Shown here piece by piece: positions 50,306-61,230 of a stretch of 64,000 nucleotides of DNA; the first letter of the stretch is position 1, and every line of letters begins with the position of its first letter. Made by a program: the position numbers and the translations under genes. A model generated the notes under the pieces. It was given only the letters and a program-made list of their open reading frames with translations. It did not search any database and was not told the origin of the DNA. Source of the DNA: Nostoc sp. DedSLP01 (GTDB taxonomy: Bacteria; Cyanobacteriota; Cyanobacteriia; Cyanobacteriales; Nostocaceae). The stretch covers positions 32,001 through 96,000 of the forward strand of contig JAVRCJ020000018.1 in assembly GCA_034530875.2 (NCBI GenBank), read 5' to 3'.

Positions 50306-51199
50306 TCAAAGTACATTTGTTTCTTTCCTATTCCCTACCTCAATGAGAAATTCTGACATATATTGATTCACCAACTCCGGCTGCTCTTGCTGCACGCAAT
50401 GACCACAATTAGGAATATATTTAATTTGAAAATCTCTAATATAAGCTGCGGTATCATAGCTTAATTCCTTGCCGAGGGCAGGGTCATTTTCTCCCCAAAT
50501 CATCAGCGTTGGAACTTCCAAAATTCCCCAATTTGGATTCAGGATTCTCTGCTGAAAAACATTGCGGTAATAGTTCAACATTGCTGTGAGTGCGCCACGT
50601 TTTGCAGCAGCATCTTTATACGCATTAATATCTGCTTCTGTCCAAGCTTTTTTATTAACTGCTGTGGCTTTAAAAGCCGTTTCAATTGCTTGGTAATCTA
50701 AAGATTGTAAAAGTAACTCTGGTATCCACGGTAGTTGAAAAGCAAAGATGTAAGAGCTACGTAGCAATTGTTGAGGAGTGCGCATACCTTGGGCAAATTT
50801 GGCAGGATGAGGCAAATTAAGGATAATTAATCGCTCCACCGCTTCCGGATGAGCATAAGCAAAATTCCAAGCGATCGCTCCTCCCCAATCATGCCCAACT
50901 AAAACGCATTTTTCGTATCCTAATCCTTTAATTACTCCTTCAACATCTTTGATAAATTCATCCATAACGTAAGCTGATTGCTCTGGTGGCTTATCACTAT
51001 CGTTGTAACCACGCAAGTCAATAGCAACGGCTTTAAAATCTTCGGCAAACTTTGGTATTTGATGCCGCCAAGAGTACCAAAATTCAGGAAACCCATGTAA
51101 CATCAACATCAAAGGCCCTTGACCTTGGGTGACGTAGTGTAGTTTCACTCCATTGGTAGTTATATATTCGTGTTGCCAAGAAGGTTGTGTTACAGACAT
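50306..51199 (-). CDS. Alpha/beta hydrolase (epoxide hydrolase-like)
   Basis: LHGFPEFWYSWRHQ, GHDWGG, WGEND, GHCVQQE. Confidence 0.9.
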   Translation of the reverse strand: MSVTQPSWQHEYITTNGVKLHYVTQGQGPLMLMLHGFPEFWYSWRHQIPKFAEDFKAVAIDLRGYNDSDKPPEQSAYVMDEFIKDVEGVIKGLGYEKCVLVGHDWGGAIAWNFAYAHPEAVERLIILNLPHPAKFAQGMRTPQQLLRSSYIFAFQLPWIPELLLQSLDYQAIETAFKATAVNKKAWTEADINAYKDAAAKRGALTAMLNYYRNVFQQRILNPNWGILEVPTLMIWGENDPALGKELSYDTAAYIRDFQIKYIPNCGHCVQQEQPELVNQYMSEFLIEVGNRKETNVL

Positions 51200-51645
51200 A
51201 ATTAATACGATTTCAGTATCATCCAAGATTAGTTAATACTAAATTTAATATTATTTTGAGTAAATTAACATCTATTAAAAGATAGGATTAGAATAGTAAT
51301 TCTCATGATTTTCGGATGAACTTGTTATCCTCTAGTACCTGACTATATATAGGACTAGTGGTTGATTTTTGCGAAGCTACGTACAGTTTTTTCATTTTAT
51401 AAAATAAAAAAATTGCCCTGTACCTTAACTATTACCTGCAAAGATTCTTCATCAATTGCACTGCGAAGTTGAGATAAATTATTTACAGATGCAAGTAACC
51501 TCGCTAAACGAATAATTCATTTTGAGATTTCATCATACTCAAGCAAGAATTATTATCAATCTAACAACTATAATATTTGATATAAGGGCTATTTTTTTGA
51601 TACTAAACTGAGTAATTTAAGTACTGAAAAATTTGATAGCTTTCG

Positions 51646-53112
51646 TCAACGAACAGCTTTCAAGGTATCGTAAAGTAATTTGTAGCGATTAAACGCTACT
51701 TCATACAAAGGATTTGTCTGCGGCTGTACCATATAACTAGCTTGGGATAGTATCTTGAGTGCAGTTTCTAAATTAGGGTAGGCACCAACTCCTACCATTG
51801 CCAAAATAGCAGCTCCGTAAGCGGCTCCTTCTTCGGCTTTGGGAGCAATAAGTTCTGTTTGCAAGACATCTGCTAAAATTTGCAACCAAATATTAGACCG
51901 TGCGCCTCCACCTGTGGCCAAGAGTTGATGCACGGGAGCGATCGCGCTAATTACCTCCAAGGCTTCCCGCAAGCTGAATGCAACCCCCTCCAGTACAGCA
52001 CGAATGACATCTGCCTGCGTATGAGCTAATGACAAATTTACTATTGCACCGCGAGTATCTGGATCGAGGTGGGGGCTGCGTTCTCCTGAAAGGTGAGGCA
52101 GAAATAGAACACCACGCGCACCAGGTAGCGATCGCCCTGCCATTTCCATCAACTCGGTGTATGATATCTGCGGTGCAAATGTATCTCGATACCAACGCAA
52201 AGATCCACCAGCCGCTAACGTCACTCCAAGTAGATGATAGCCACCATCAACATGACAGAACAAATGGACTCGACCTTGGGGATCGGGAATTGGGCGATCG
52301 CATGGTGCAAAGATAACTCCCGATGTACCAATACTCAAACTACCCAGGTTGAGGTTGTTGGATGAGATACCCAAACCAATTGCTGCTGCTGCATTGTCGC
52401 CTCCGCCTGCAATTACAGGCAATCCTACGGGTAATCCTACGCGGGCAGCGATTTCTGGTTTTAGCCGTCCGGCGATCGCAGTAGATTCGATGACTGGGGG
52501 AAATAATGCTGGTTTGATATCTAATGCGTCGAGAATATCTGTATCCCAAAGCTGCTTCGCCAGATTTAGACACCCGACACCAGAGGCATCAGATGGTTCT
52601 GTCGCTAGTTCCCCCGTTAGCACGTATCCTAGATAATCTTTTGGCAAAAGAATTTGCCACAGCCGAGTATACGCTTCTGGTTCTTGACTCCGCAACCATA
52701 AAAGTTTTGGCAGTTGAAACCCAGTAATTGCCGGATTTCCAGTGCGTTGAATTAATTCTGGACGGGGAATAGTGGCTTCAATCTCAGCAACAGCTTTACC
52801 TGTGCGTTGGTCGTTCCACAAAATTGCTGGTCTGATGGTTTTGTCTTCGGCATCGAGAGGAACCATACCATGCATTTGTCCCGATAAACCAAGGGCAATG
52901 GCTTGGCGTCCATTTAGCTGTTGGGTAACATCAGATAGAGCAGCTAAACTTGCATCAATCCAATCCGATGGGTTCTGTTGTGTCCAACCGGGTTGTGGAG
53001 TTAAAAGTGGATAGCTTCTGGTTGCTTGAGCAATAATTTGCCCTTGCAGGTCAACTGCGATCGCTCGTACTCCTCCGGTACCCAAGTCTAAGCCAATTAC
53101 GATGTCGCTCAA
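51646..53112 (-). CDS. xylB: Xylulokinase (FGGY family)
   Basis: [34 protein letters not shown] motifs. Confidence 0.9.
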   Translation of the reverse strand: MSDIVIGLDLGTGGVRAIAVDLQGQIIAQATRSYPLLTPQPGWTQQNPSDWIDASLAALSDVTQQLNGRQAIALGLSGQMHGMVPLDAEDKTIRPAILWNDQRTGKAVAEIEATIPRPELIQRTGNPAITGFQLPKLLWLRSQEPEAYTRLWQILLPKDYLGYVLTGELATEPSDASGVGCLNLAKQLWDTDILDALDIKPALFPPVIESTAIAGRLKPEIAARVGLPVGLPVIAGGGDNAAAAIGLGISSNNLNLGSLSIGTSGVIFAPCDRPIPDPQGRVHLFCHVDGGYHLLGVTLAAGGSLRWYRDTFAPQISYTELMEMAGRSLPGARGVLFLPHLSGERSPHLDPDTRGAIVNLSLAHTQADVIRAVLEGVAFSLREALEVISAIAPVHQLLATGGGARSNIWLQILADVLQTELIAPKAEEGAAYGAAILAMVGVGAYPNLETALKILSQASYMVQPQTNPLYEVAFNRYKLLYDTLKAVR

Positions 53113-53139
53113 TTACGCCTCCAAATTCTTAATCGCGAA

Positions 53140-53622
53140 CTAACCCAGTTTCTTGAAGTACCTAGCGACTGGAAACAGCCTAAAACCCAGCTTTTCATAA
53201 GTACAACGTGCCGGGGCATGACCTGGATCGCCTCCGGTTTCAACCATAGCAACGGACATTCCAGCAACTTTCATCCAATCAAGAGCGAATTCCATCAAAG
53301 CGGTGCCAATGCCTCGACGTTGGTAGTCTGGATCGACGGCGACCATATAGATTTCTCCCATACTGCTCTCAAAGTGGAGTTTCACGGCTACAAAGCCCAG
53401 AATTGAACCAGAGTCGATCGCCACCCACACCTTTGTGTCCGCAGCAGCACAGACTCCCTCGACAGCACGAAGCTGGCTTACACGCCAACCGTCGGGATAG
53501 AATGAGCGATACACGTCAAGATCCATTGCTTCTTGAAGCGAATCAAAAACCGGAGACCATGCCCGAATCGAAAGGCTCTTGATGGCATCAAGGTGACTAT
53601 CTTCGTATGGTTCAATTTGCAT
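53140..53622 (-). CDS. GNAT-family N-acetyltransferase
   Basis: VAVDPDYQRRGIGTAL and YEKLGF motifs. Confidence 0.9.
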   Translation of the reverse strand: MQIEPYEDSHLDAIKSLSIRAWSPVFDSLQEAMDLDVYRSFYPDGWRVSQLRAVEGVCAAADTKVWVAIDSGSILGFVAVKLHFESSMGEIYMVAVDPDYQRRGIGTALMEFALDWMKVAGMSVAMVETGGDPGHAPARCTYEKLGFRLFPVARYFKKLG

Positions 53623-53667
53623 TTCGGTATGGACTCCACTTATAAGAGGAGGAAAAGGGGCAGGGCA

Positions 53668-53868
53668 TTGGTGTCAACTTAACGTAAAACTGCTATCTCG
53701 CAAGGAACTGAAGTTCCTTGCTAATAGCTCAAGTCATCTCAAAGATGACTGAATTCTTTAATAATCTTTAGTCTACTTCAGTAGACTTGAGCTATTAGCT
53801 TGGGAATGAATTCCCAAGCGGGTGATGAAGCCAATAGTGAAGCTATTCCTAGTTTAAGTTGACACCAA
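53668..53868. mobile_element. 201-bp MITE with 15-bp inverted ends and internal REP-like hairpins
   Basis: TTGGTGTCAACTTAA...TTAAGTTGACACCAA; internal GCAAGGAACT-G-AAGTTCCTTGC and TAGCTCAAGTC...GACTTGAGCTA. Confidence 0.75.
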
Positions 53869-54027
53869 AGAGGGCAGCGGGCAGGTGTAAGTTTTTAATT
53901 AAGCAATGAGTAATGACTGTAAAACCAACGAAACGATCGTGTTTTAATAAGCCCCTATACCCTTACACCATAAAAGCAGTTTTTTTGTCCAAGTGTAAAA
54001 AACTACACCTGCTCTCTGCCTCAGAAT

Positions 54028-54264
54028 CTACCGCGTACACACAAGTCTTTTAGAGTTGTTGGGTAAGACACAGAAAATTAATTTTTGCTCTTCGATGCAA
54101 CAAAGGTGCAAAGCGATGCAACAAAGGTGCAGGGCGATGCAACAAAGGTGCAAGGCGATGCAACAAAGGTGCAAAGCGATGCAACAAAGGTGCAAGGCAA
54201 TGCAACAAAGGTGCAGGGCGATGCAACAAAGGTGCAGGTCAAGAGACTTGTGTGTAAACCGTAG
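54028..54264. mobile_element. 237-bp MITE with 10-bp target-site duplication
   Basis: Ends CTACCGCGTACACACAAGTCT / AGACTTGTGTGTAAACCGTAG; GCCTCAGAAT at 54018-54027 and 54265-54274. Confidence 0.85.
54093..54239 (+). repeat. 21-bp tandem repeat, 7 units
   Basis: CGATGCAACAAAGGTGCA plus 3 variable nt, inside the MITE. Confidence 0.95.
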
Positions 54265-54267
54265 GCC

Positions 54268-55752
54268 TCAGAATCGGGCTAACGTTTCTTTCGCTCCAAA
54301 CTCATACAATCTGCGTAAATGGTTCGTAACTGCATCGACAAAAAGCGTTGATTGGGATAAATCGCCAAAAATCTCAGTCAGGTTGAGCAATGGTCTGGCA
54401 TCAGAGCCACTGTTAGAAGCTAGTTGCGTGAGAGTACCTCCTATTGGGTCATCAATGGGAATAGCGTTGCCTTGGTCATCCTTTCCGTTGAGGTAACGGA
54501 ACCAAGCTGCAACCGTGAGGCTCATATAGTCAATTGCGCCTTTTTGGTGGAGTGCATCGCGAACTGAGCCTAAAACAAATTTTGGCATTTTGGCGGAACT
54601 ATTGAGGCAAAGCCGGGGCAGTTGGTCGCGTATCTTGGGATTGGCAAAGCGTTTTATTAAGGTCTGTTTGTAATCGTCTAAATCAATCCCTGGTACGGGT
54701 TGGAGTGTGGGCGTAACTTCTGCCATTAAACGATCCACGGCTTGCCTAATTAAAGGATCGGCCATCACCTCGTGGACGTAGCTGTAACCTGCCAAGGAGC
54801 CGAGATAACCAATCAACAAGTGACTGGCGTTGAGCAGGCGGATTTTCATCATCTCGTAGGGATGAACATCATCGGTCATCTGCACGCCAACAGATTCCCA
54901 ATCAGGTCTACCCGCACAGAAATTGTCTTCAACTACCCACTGAAGGAACGGTTCGGCAACAACTGGAAAAGCATCATCAATATTAAACTGTTCCTCCACC
55001 ATTTTGATATCTGCTGGGGTGGTAGCGGGGGTAATGCGATCGACCATACAGTTAGGAAAGGCTACCTGTTTGGCGACCCAACTTCCCAATTCCGGGTTCT
55101 GCATCTGGGCAAATGCAGTCAACATTTTCCGGGCAATGTTGCCGTTGCCTTGCAAGTTATCGCAGGACAACACAGTAAACGGTGCTATTCCCTGTTGACG
55201 GCGGCGATCGAGTGCTGCGGTCAAAAAGCCATATACGCCAATTGGCTCGTGAGGATGCTGTAAATCATACTGAATTGTTGGGTGATTGGTATCAAATTCA
55301 CCGCTACCTTCAATGTAGTAGTAGCCACCTTCAGTAATTGTGAGGGTGACGATACGGCATTTGGGATCTGCTAGGGTATCAATTACTGCTTGGCGGTTAT
55401 CTGGGGCAAAGAGATATTTTGTAATTGCTCCGATCGCGCGGGCGCGATCGCCTTCTGGCGACCTTTCAACTAAGGTATACAAACAATCTTGTGAACTCAG
55501 TGCATCTCGCATTCGTTGGTCAAATTCCAGTAACCCAACCCCGCAAATTCCCCACTCACTGCCAGGATGCTGATGAAAGTAGTTATCGAGATATAATGCC
55601 TGATGTGCTCGATGGAACCCACCCACACCGATATGGACAATGCCGTTAGTAATTTGGTGGCGATCGTAATTCGGTACGCGAACGTTACTTGCTAAACGAG
55701 CTAAAGCTGCTTCATTCAGCTTGATTGCTGAGTCGGTGCTGATATTGTTCAT
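54268..55752 (-). CDS. Mannitol 2-dehydrogenase family (mannitol/D-arabitol dehydrogenase)
   Basis: HIGVGGFHRAHQA, TITEGGY, SCDN, MVDRITP, KIRLLNASH motifs. Confidence 0.92.
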   Translation of the reverse strand: MNNISTDSAIKLNEAALARLASNVRVPNYDRHQITNGIVHIGVGGFHRAHQALYLDNYFHQHPGSEWGICGVGLLEFDQRMRDALSSQDCLYTLVERSPEGDRARAIGAITKYLFAPDNRQAVIDTLADPKCRIVTLTITEGGYYYIEGSGEFDTNHPTIQYDLQHPHEPIGVYGFLTAALDRRRQQGIAPFTVLSCDNLQGNGNIARKMLTAFAQMQNPELGSWVAKQVAFPNCMVDRITPATTPADIKMVEEQFNIDDAFPVVAEPFLQWVVEDNFCAGRPDWESVGVQMTDDVHPYEMMKIRLLNASHLLIGYLGSLAGYSYVHEVMADPLIRQAVDRLMAEVTPTLQPVPGIDLDDYKQTLIKRFANPKIRDQLPRLCLNSSAKMPKFVLGSVRDALHQKGAIDYMSLTVAAWFRYLNGKDDQGNAIPIDDPIGGTLTQLASNSGSDARPLLNLTEIFGDLSQSTLFVDAVTNHLRRLYEFGAKETLARF

Positions 55753-56866
55753 GGGATTCATTAATGGTTAAATGGTGACGGCGAGCTTTAGGAATGGCTT
55801 CACCCTCTCGGTCGAACAAATGGCAAAGTTCGCCGTTAATGTAAATCGGCACGAAATCGTGCAATTGGGCGGGATTATCTCCATCTGTTTGCACTACGAT
55901 GGTGTCACCACCCGCAATTTTGATGTAAAGATAGGTTTCTCCGCCCAACCGTTCTACTACTAGCACTTCGCCATTTATGCTGGGGTTACTGCGATCGAGC
56001 CGCAGATGTTCGGGACGAATTCCTAATGTGGCTCTATCCCCAACCGATAGGCTTCTGGGCTGCACGGGAATCATTACAGTTGCATCGCCAGGAAGTCTTA
56101 CAGTTGTACCAGAGTCATTGACGGCTGACACCGTGACTGGAATAAAGTTCATTTTCGGCGAACCAATAAATCCAGCGACGAAGATATTGCGGGGATGGTG
56201 GTAAAGTTCTAGGGGAGAACCGACTTGTTCGATGATGCCACCTTGCAATACCACAATTTTGTCAGCAAGGGTCATTGCCTCAACTTGGTCGTGGGTAACG
56301 TAAATCATCGTGGCTTGCAGGCTGTCGTGTAAACTAGCAAGCTCAATTCGCATTTGTACGCGCAAAGCTGCGTCTAGGTTTGATAACGGCTCATCAAATA
56401 AAAATACTTTGGGATTTCGTACTAAAGCACGACCAATTGCTACCCGTTGGCGTTGTCCTCCCGATAGTTCTTTGGGTTTGCGGTTTAGGAGTGGTTCTAA
56501 TTGCAGGATGCGGGCGACTTCACGCGCTCTTTCATAGCGTTGGGCTTTGGGCATACCTGCAAGGCGCAGGCTAAAGGCCATATTTTCGGCGACTGTCATG
56601 TGGGGGTATAAGGCGTAGGTTTGAAAGACCATTGCCAAACCGCGTTTATCGGGTGGTATGTCGTTGACTTTTTGACCGTCGATGAGTAAGTCGCCGGAGG
56701 AAATTTCTTCTAGTCCAGCTATCATGCGGAGTAAGGTGGATTTTCCACAGCCGGAGGGGCCGACGAAAACGACAAATTCGCGATCGCTGATGTCGAGATC
56801 TATGCCTTTGATGATCTCTGTGTCGGCGTAGGTTTTATGGATATCTCTTAATGCAACTGTTGACAT
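55712..56866 (-). CDS. smoK: Polyol/sugar ABC transporter ATP-binding subunit (SmoK-like)
   Basis: GPSGCGKS, LSGGQRQR, DEPLSNLD, C-terminal TOBE-like region. Confidence 0.85.
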   Translation of the reverse strand: MSTVALRDIHKTYADTEIIKGIDLDISDREFVVFVGPSGCGKSTLLRMIAGLEEISSGDLLIDGQKVNDIPPDKRGLAMVFQTYALYPHMTVAENMAFSLRLAGMPKAQRYERAREVARILQLEPLLNRKPKELSGGQRQRVAIGRALVRNPKVFLFDEPLSNLDAALRVQMRIELASLHDSLQATMIYVTHDQVEAMTLADKIVVLQGGIIEQVGSPLELYHHPRNIFVAGFIGSPKMNFIPVTVSAVNDSGTTVRLPGDATVMIPVQPRSLSVGDRATLGIRPEHLRLDRSNPSINGEVLVVERLGGETYLYIKIAGGDTIVVQTDGDNPAQLHDFVPIYINGELCHLFDREGEAIPKARRHHLTINESHEQYQHRLSNQAE

Positions 56867-56971
56867 AAAATGTTTCCATTAATTAAGTTTTTTATCACGC
56901 AGAGACGCAGAGGCGCAAAGAAGAACGCAAGAGTTTATTTATAATCCCTTCTGCCCTCTGCCTCCTGCCTC

Positions 56972-57793
56972 CTACTTCACTGCACCGAAGGTTAGACCTC
57001 GTACTAGTTGCCGTTGACTTAGCCAGCCGAAGATGAGGATGGGTGCGATCGCTAGTGTTGATGCTGCTGAGAGTTTTGCCCAAAATAATCCTTGAGGGCT
57101 GGAAAATGAGGCAATAAAGGCTGTGAGTGGGGCGGCGTCTGCTGTTGTTAAGTTCAGGCTCCAAAATGCTTCGTTCCACGACAAGATAATTGAGAGTAAG
57201 GCGGTGGAGGCGATTCCGGGTAGTGCTAGTGGTAGTAAGACGTGCAGGAGTTCTTGCTGTGTGGTTGCGCCATCCATGCGATCGGCTTCGAGAATGTCTT
57301 TAGGAACTTCTTTGAAGAAGCTGTAAATCATCCAGACGACAATGGGCAAATTAATCAAGGTATAAATGATAATTAAACCGATGCGGGTATCTAGTAAGCC
57401 AGCGTTGCGACATAAGATGTAGATGGGAACTAACACGCCGACAGGTGGTAGCATTTTGGTGGACAGCATCCACAGCAGAGTTCCCTTGGTGCGTTTGGTG
57501 GGGAAGAATGCCATTGCATAAGCGGCAGGTACGGCAAGCAGGAGGGCAAGTACAGTTGAGCCGAGGGAAATTGCTACGCTGTTAAATGCATAATTGAAAT
57601 AATTTGCCCGGTCTTGGATGGCAACATAATTTTCCAATGTCGGGCGGAAAAATAACTGTGGGGGAGTTGAAACTGCGGCTACTTCGGTTTTGAAACTGGT
57701 AATAAACATCCAAAAAATCGGGAAAAATAGCAGGCAAGCGGCAAGCCAACCTAGTAATGTCCATAGCCACCGCTTTGAAGTTTTACGTGCCAT
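56972..57793 (-). CDS. smoG: Polyol ABC transporter permease (SmoG/MtlG-like)
   Basis: LWMLSTKMLPPVGVLVPIY, EAD.MDGA, GLFWAKLSAASTLA. Confidence 0.85.
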   Translation of the reverse strand: MARKTSKRWLWTLLGWLAACLLFFPIFWMFITSFKTEVAAVSTPPQLFFRPTLENYVAIQDRANYFNYAFNSVAISLGSTVLALLLAVPAAYAMAFFPTKRTKGTLLWMLSTKMLPPVGVLVPIYILCRNAGLLDTRIGLIIIYTLINLPIVVWMIYSFFKEVPKDILEADRMDGATTQQELLHVLLPLALPGIASTALLSIILSWNEAFWSLNLTTADAAPLTAFIASFSSPQGLFWAKLSAASTLAIAPILIFGWLSQRQLVRGLTFGAVK

Positions 57794-57794
57794 G

Positions 57795-58718
57795 TTAGGT
57801 ATCCAAATTACGAGCAACACTACGCATCAAGAAGATTGCCACGATGTTGGCAAGGATGACGGCAATTAATCCACCAGCTGAGGCGCCGCCGACATCAAAT
57901 TCCAGCAAGGCTTTTAAGAAGATGTAATAGGCTAGGTTGGTGGTTGCTAGTCCAGGGCCGCCGCCTGTGGTCACAAAGATTTCGGCAAAGATGGTTAAGA
58001 AGAAAATTGTCTCAATCATGGCGACCACGGAAATGGCGCGGCTAAGATGGGGCAGCATGACGAAACGAAATAGAGCGATCGCATTTGCTCCATCCATTCG
58101 CGCTGCTTCTAACTGGTCGCGATCTAGTGACTGAATGGCTGTTAATAAAATCAGCAAGGCAAAAGGCAGCCATTCCCAGGAAACAATAATAATGATGGCA
58201 AGCAGGGGAACGCTGGCAAACCAATCAATTGCTCCCAAACCCAAGCCTCTGGTAATCTGGGCAAACAGCCCATTTACTGGATGCATCAGCATATTTTTCC
58301 AGATTAGGGCGCTGACTGTAGGCATCACAAAAAACGGCGAGATTGCTAGCACCCGCGCTACACCACGACCGTAAAAGTCCTGGTCAAATAACACTGCTAG
58401 TAATGTGCCTAGACCAATTGTGATTACTAAAACCGAAACCACCAGAATAATTGTGATGGCGATCGATGTCCATAGTGCTGAGTCAGTCAGGATGAAAGTG
58501 AAATTTTCAATGCCAATGAATTTGCGTGCATCTGGATTCAGCAGGTTATACCGCTGAAACGAAAACCATATAGTCATCACCAGAGGCACAATCATCCACA
58601 GCAGCAGGACAACGACCGAAGGCGCAACCAGAGGTAAGGTTGACGCTTGCCGTTTAGCCCGTTGTCTAGCGGGTGGCGGCGTTTCGTGTTGAGGTTTGAC
58701 CGCTAATGAAGAAGACAT
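57795..58718 (-). CDS. smoF: Polyol ABC transporter permease (SmoF/MtlF-like)
   Basis: PFFVMPTVSALIWKN, EAARMDGA, TTGGGPG. Confidence 0.85.
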   Translation of the reverse strand: MSSSLAVKPQHETPPPARQRAKRQASTLPLVAPSVVVLLLWMIVPLVMTIWFSFQRYNLLNPDARKFIGIENFTFILTDSALWTSIAITIILVVSVLVITIGLGTLLAVLFDQDFYGRGVARVLAISPFFVMPTVSALIWKNMLMHPVNGLFAQITRGLGLGAIDWFASVPLLAIIIIVSWEWLPFALLILLTAIQSLDRDQLEAARMDGANAIALFRFVMLPHLSRAISVVAMIETIFFLTIFAEIFVTTGGGPGLATTNLAYYIFLKALLEFDVGGASAGGLIAVILANIVAIFLMRSVARNLDT

Positions 58719-58779
58719 AAGCAATTCGTAATTCGTAATTCGTAATTAGGGTTTGGTATGGCTGTGGAACACCTGAGAA

Positions 58780-60126
58780 TTACTCGATATAACCTGTATG
58801 TTTCATGAAGCGTTCAGTGAATCTCTGCGATTGCTGCAACGCCCCATCTATCGAAGTCCGATTAGTTAATGCTGCTGCTAAAGTTTGCCCTACTGAAGTC
58901 CCAATTGCCTGAAATTCTGGAATATCGACATATTGAACTCCCTTATAGGGTGTTGGTTCTGCGGATGGACGGGTAACATCAGCAGATTGAATTGCTTTCA
59001 GCACGATTGGGGCAAAGGGCGCTGCTTTGCGATAGTTGGGGTTTTCATACGTGGAAGTCCGAGTTCCTGGCGGTACGGCAACCCAGCTATTTTCTTTGGC
59101 AACTAGTTGGATATATTCTTTGGATGTTGCCCAAGCAACAAATCTTTGTGCGGCTTCTGGCGATTTTGAGGTTTTAGGAACTGCTAAAGCCCAAGCCCAA
59201 AGCCAGTTTGAACCGTTGGGATATTTTTCAATTGGCGCACGGGCAAAGCCAACTTTATCGTAAACTTGGGATTCTTTGGGATTGGATAATAGCCCAGCAG
59301 CAACGGTTGCATCTACCCACATCCCACATTTACCTGTGGAGAATAATGCCAAATTCTCATTAAATCCGTTGGAACTGGCTCCTGGCGGCCCGTACTTTTG
59401 CAGTAAATCGACATAAAAAGCGATCGCCTCTTTCCAAGCTGGAGTATTAATTGTCGGTTGCCACTTCATGTCAAACCAGCGTCCGCCATAAGTGTTAACT
59501 AAGGTGGAAACAAATGCCATGTTTTCACCCCAGCCAGGTTTCCCACGCAAGCAAACTCCATAAATTCCACGCGCCGGATCGTGGATCTTGCTTGCCCATT
59601 CTCTCATTTGGGGATAGGTTGGCTGTTCTGGAACTGTAATCCCGGCTTTATCAAACAGGTCTTTGCGGTAATACAGCATAGAACTTTCCCCATAAAACGG
59701 CACGGCGTAAAGTTTGCCGTTATGAGAAAGTCCTTCGCGGATGGGTTTTAGTAAATCGTTTACGTCGTAGTCTGCACCTAAATCCAAGGGTCTTAACCAA
59801 TCCCGTCTAGCCCAGATTGGTGTTTCATAAGAACCGATAGTCAGGACATCGAATTGCCCGCCTTGGCTTGCAACATCTGTAGTTGTGCGTTGGCGCAAGA
59901 CATTCTCTTCTAGCACCACCCACCGCAGTTGAATATCGCGGTTGGCTTCCTCGAACTTGCGGGAAAGTCCTTGCATTACCACCATATCGCCGTTATTAAC
60001 AGTGGCGATCGTCAGTGTAGTTTTATCTGCGGCTTGGGATTGCCACGAACAAGCGTGTAGCAGTTGCGCCAACATCACTCCAGCGAGAAATGCTACCAGC
60101 ACTTTAGCGAAGCGGGGGATACGCAT
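58780..60126 (-). CDS. smoE: Polyol ABC transporter substrate-binding protein (SmoE/MtlE-like)
   Basis: TIATVNNGDM, LEENVLRQR, PFYGESS, CLRGKPGWGENMA, WLWAWAL; lipoprotein-like signal. Confidence 0.87.
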   Translation of the reverse strand: MRIPRFAKVLVAFLAGVMLAQLLHACSWQSQAADKTTLTIATVNNGDMVVMQGLSRKFEEANRDIQLRWVVLEENVLRQRTTTDVASQGGQFDVLTIGSYETPIWARRDWLRPLDLGADYDVNDLLKPIREGLSHNGKLYAVPFYGESSMLYYRKDLFDKAGITVPEQPTYPQMREWASKIHDPARGIYGVCLRGKPGWGENMAFVSTLVNTYGGRWFDMKWQPTINTPAWKEAIAFYVDLLQKYGPPGASSNGFNENLALFSTGKCGMWVDATVAAGLLSNPKESQVYDKVGFARAPIEKYPNGSNWLWAWALAVPKTSKSPEAAQRFVAWATSKEYIQLVAKENSWVAVPPGTRTSTYENPNYRKAAPFAPIVLKAIQSADVTRPSAEPTPYKGVQYVDIPEFQAIGTSVGQTLAAALTNRTSIDGALQQSQRFTERFMKHTGYIE

Positions 60127-60168
60127 CGCATTACTCCTTTGATATAAAAAATCGAACGGAGAAAATTT

Positions 60169-60203
60169 TTGATTTTATGCTCTATTTTTGAGTAAAAGCT
60201 CAA
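60169..60203. promoter_or_regulatory. Candidate tandem operator of the SorC-family regulator
   Basis: TTGAGTAAAAGCTCAA (60188-60203) plus a weaker copy 19 bp upstream. Confidence 0.55.
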
Positions 60204-60273
60204 TAATAGAATCATACCAACCCCACTTCAATGACGGTAATTTGCAACAATTCTTCAATAAGAGGCTGAATTT

Positions 60274-61071
60274 ATGACAGCAACCTATCAGTTTGCAGGT
60301 AAGAATATCTTGATTACAGGCGGTGCAGGGGATATTGGCAAGGCAACTGCACACCGTTTTGCGGCTAATGGTGCAGGTGTAGCGCTGTTAGATTTGAATG
60401 AACCGAAGATGGTAGATGTAGCTGCGGAACTAAAAGATTACAACGTTCCTATCGGCACATTTTGCTGTGATGTCACATCTGCTGATGATGTTGCCAAAGC
60501 CTTTACTGCTGCTGTAGAGCAGCTTGGACGGATTGATTATGTATTTAATAATGCGGGTTTTCAAGGAGCATTTGCCAAAACAGACGAATATCCTGAAGAT
60601 GACTTTCAAAAGACGATCAATATTAACGTTGTTGGCGTTTTCCACATTCTGAAGGCGGCTGCAAAGCACTTGCGCGATATCGGGGGAGGTGCGATCGTTA
60701 ACATGGCGAGTTATGCAGGCGTAGTGGGGCCGCCAAATATGTTAGCTTATGGTGCTTCTAAGTTTGCGGTGATTGGTATGACTCAGACAGCAGCAAAAGA
60801 CTTGGCTCCCTATGGCATCCGGGTAAATGCATTGTCTCCTGCACTTATAGGCCCTGGTTTTATGTGGACGCGGCAAACCCAATTGCAAGCAGCAGTAGGT
60901 TCTCAGTACTTTGATGCCGACCCCAAGGTAGTAGAACAACAGATGATTAATTCAGTCCCAATGCGGCGCTTGGGAAGTTTGGCAGAGGTAGCAAATGGGG
61001 TAGCGTTTCTGATGAGCGACGAAGCAAGTTACATCACCGGGTTTAACTTGGAAGTAACTGGTGGTCAATGA
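60274..61071 (+). CDS. SDR oxidoreductase (probable polyol dehydrogenase)
   Basis: TGGAGDIG, NNAG, YGASK; divergent from the polyol transporter. Confidence 0.85.
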   Translation: MTATYQFAGKNILITGGAGDIGKATAHRFAANGAGVALLDLNEPKMVDVAAELKDYNVPIGTFCCDVTSADDVAKAFTAAVEQLGRIDYVFNNAGFQGAFAKTDEYPEDDFQKTININVVGVFHILKAAAKHLRDIGGGAIVNMASYAGVVGPPNMLAYGASKFAVIGMTQTAAKDLAPYGIRVNALSPALIGPGFMWTRQTQLQAAVGSQYFDADPKVVEQQMINSVPMRRLGSLAEVANGVAFLMSDEASYITGFNLEVTGGQ

Positions 61072-61230
61072 AGAGGGCAGGGGGCAGGAGGCAGGGGGCG
61101 AAAAAATGAGGTTGGATGCAGGAATTGAGTAGTTTAATTGTTGGATGTACCGAAACCTGATTTAGGCATTCACTCTTTCTTAAGCACTACTTCAATTTCA
61201 AGAGCGTTAGATCTGCACTCTTTAGTTTAT

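Noticed and set aside
54093..54239. Possible CRISPR array
   Set aside because: Only 3 nt lie between the 18-nt repeats, with no unique spacers and no cas genes; it is a tandem repeat inside a MITE.
54056..54496. ORF with MQQRCKA repeats
   Set aside because: It is a translation of the 21-bp repeat running antisense into the dehydrogenase gene.
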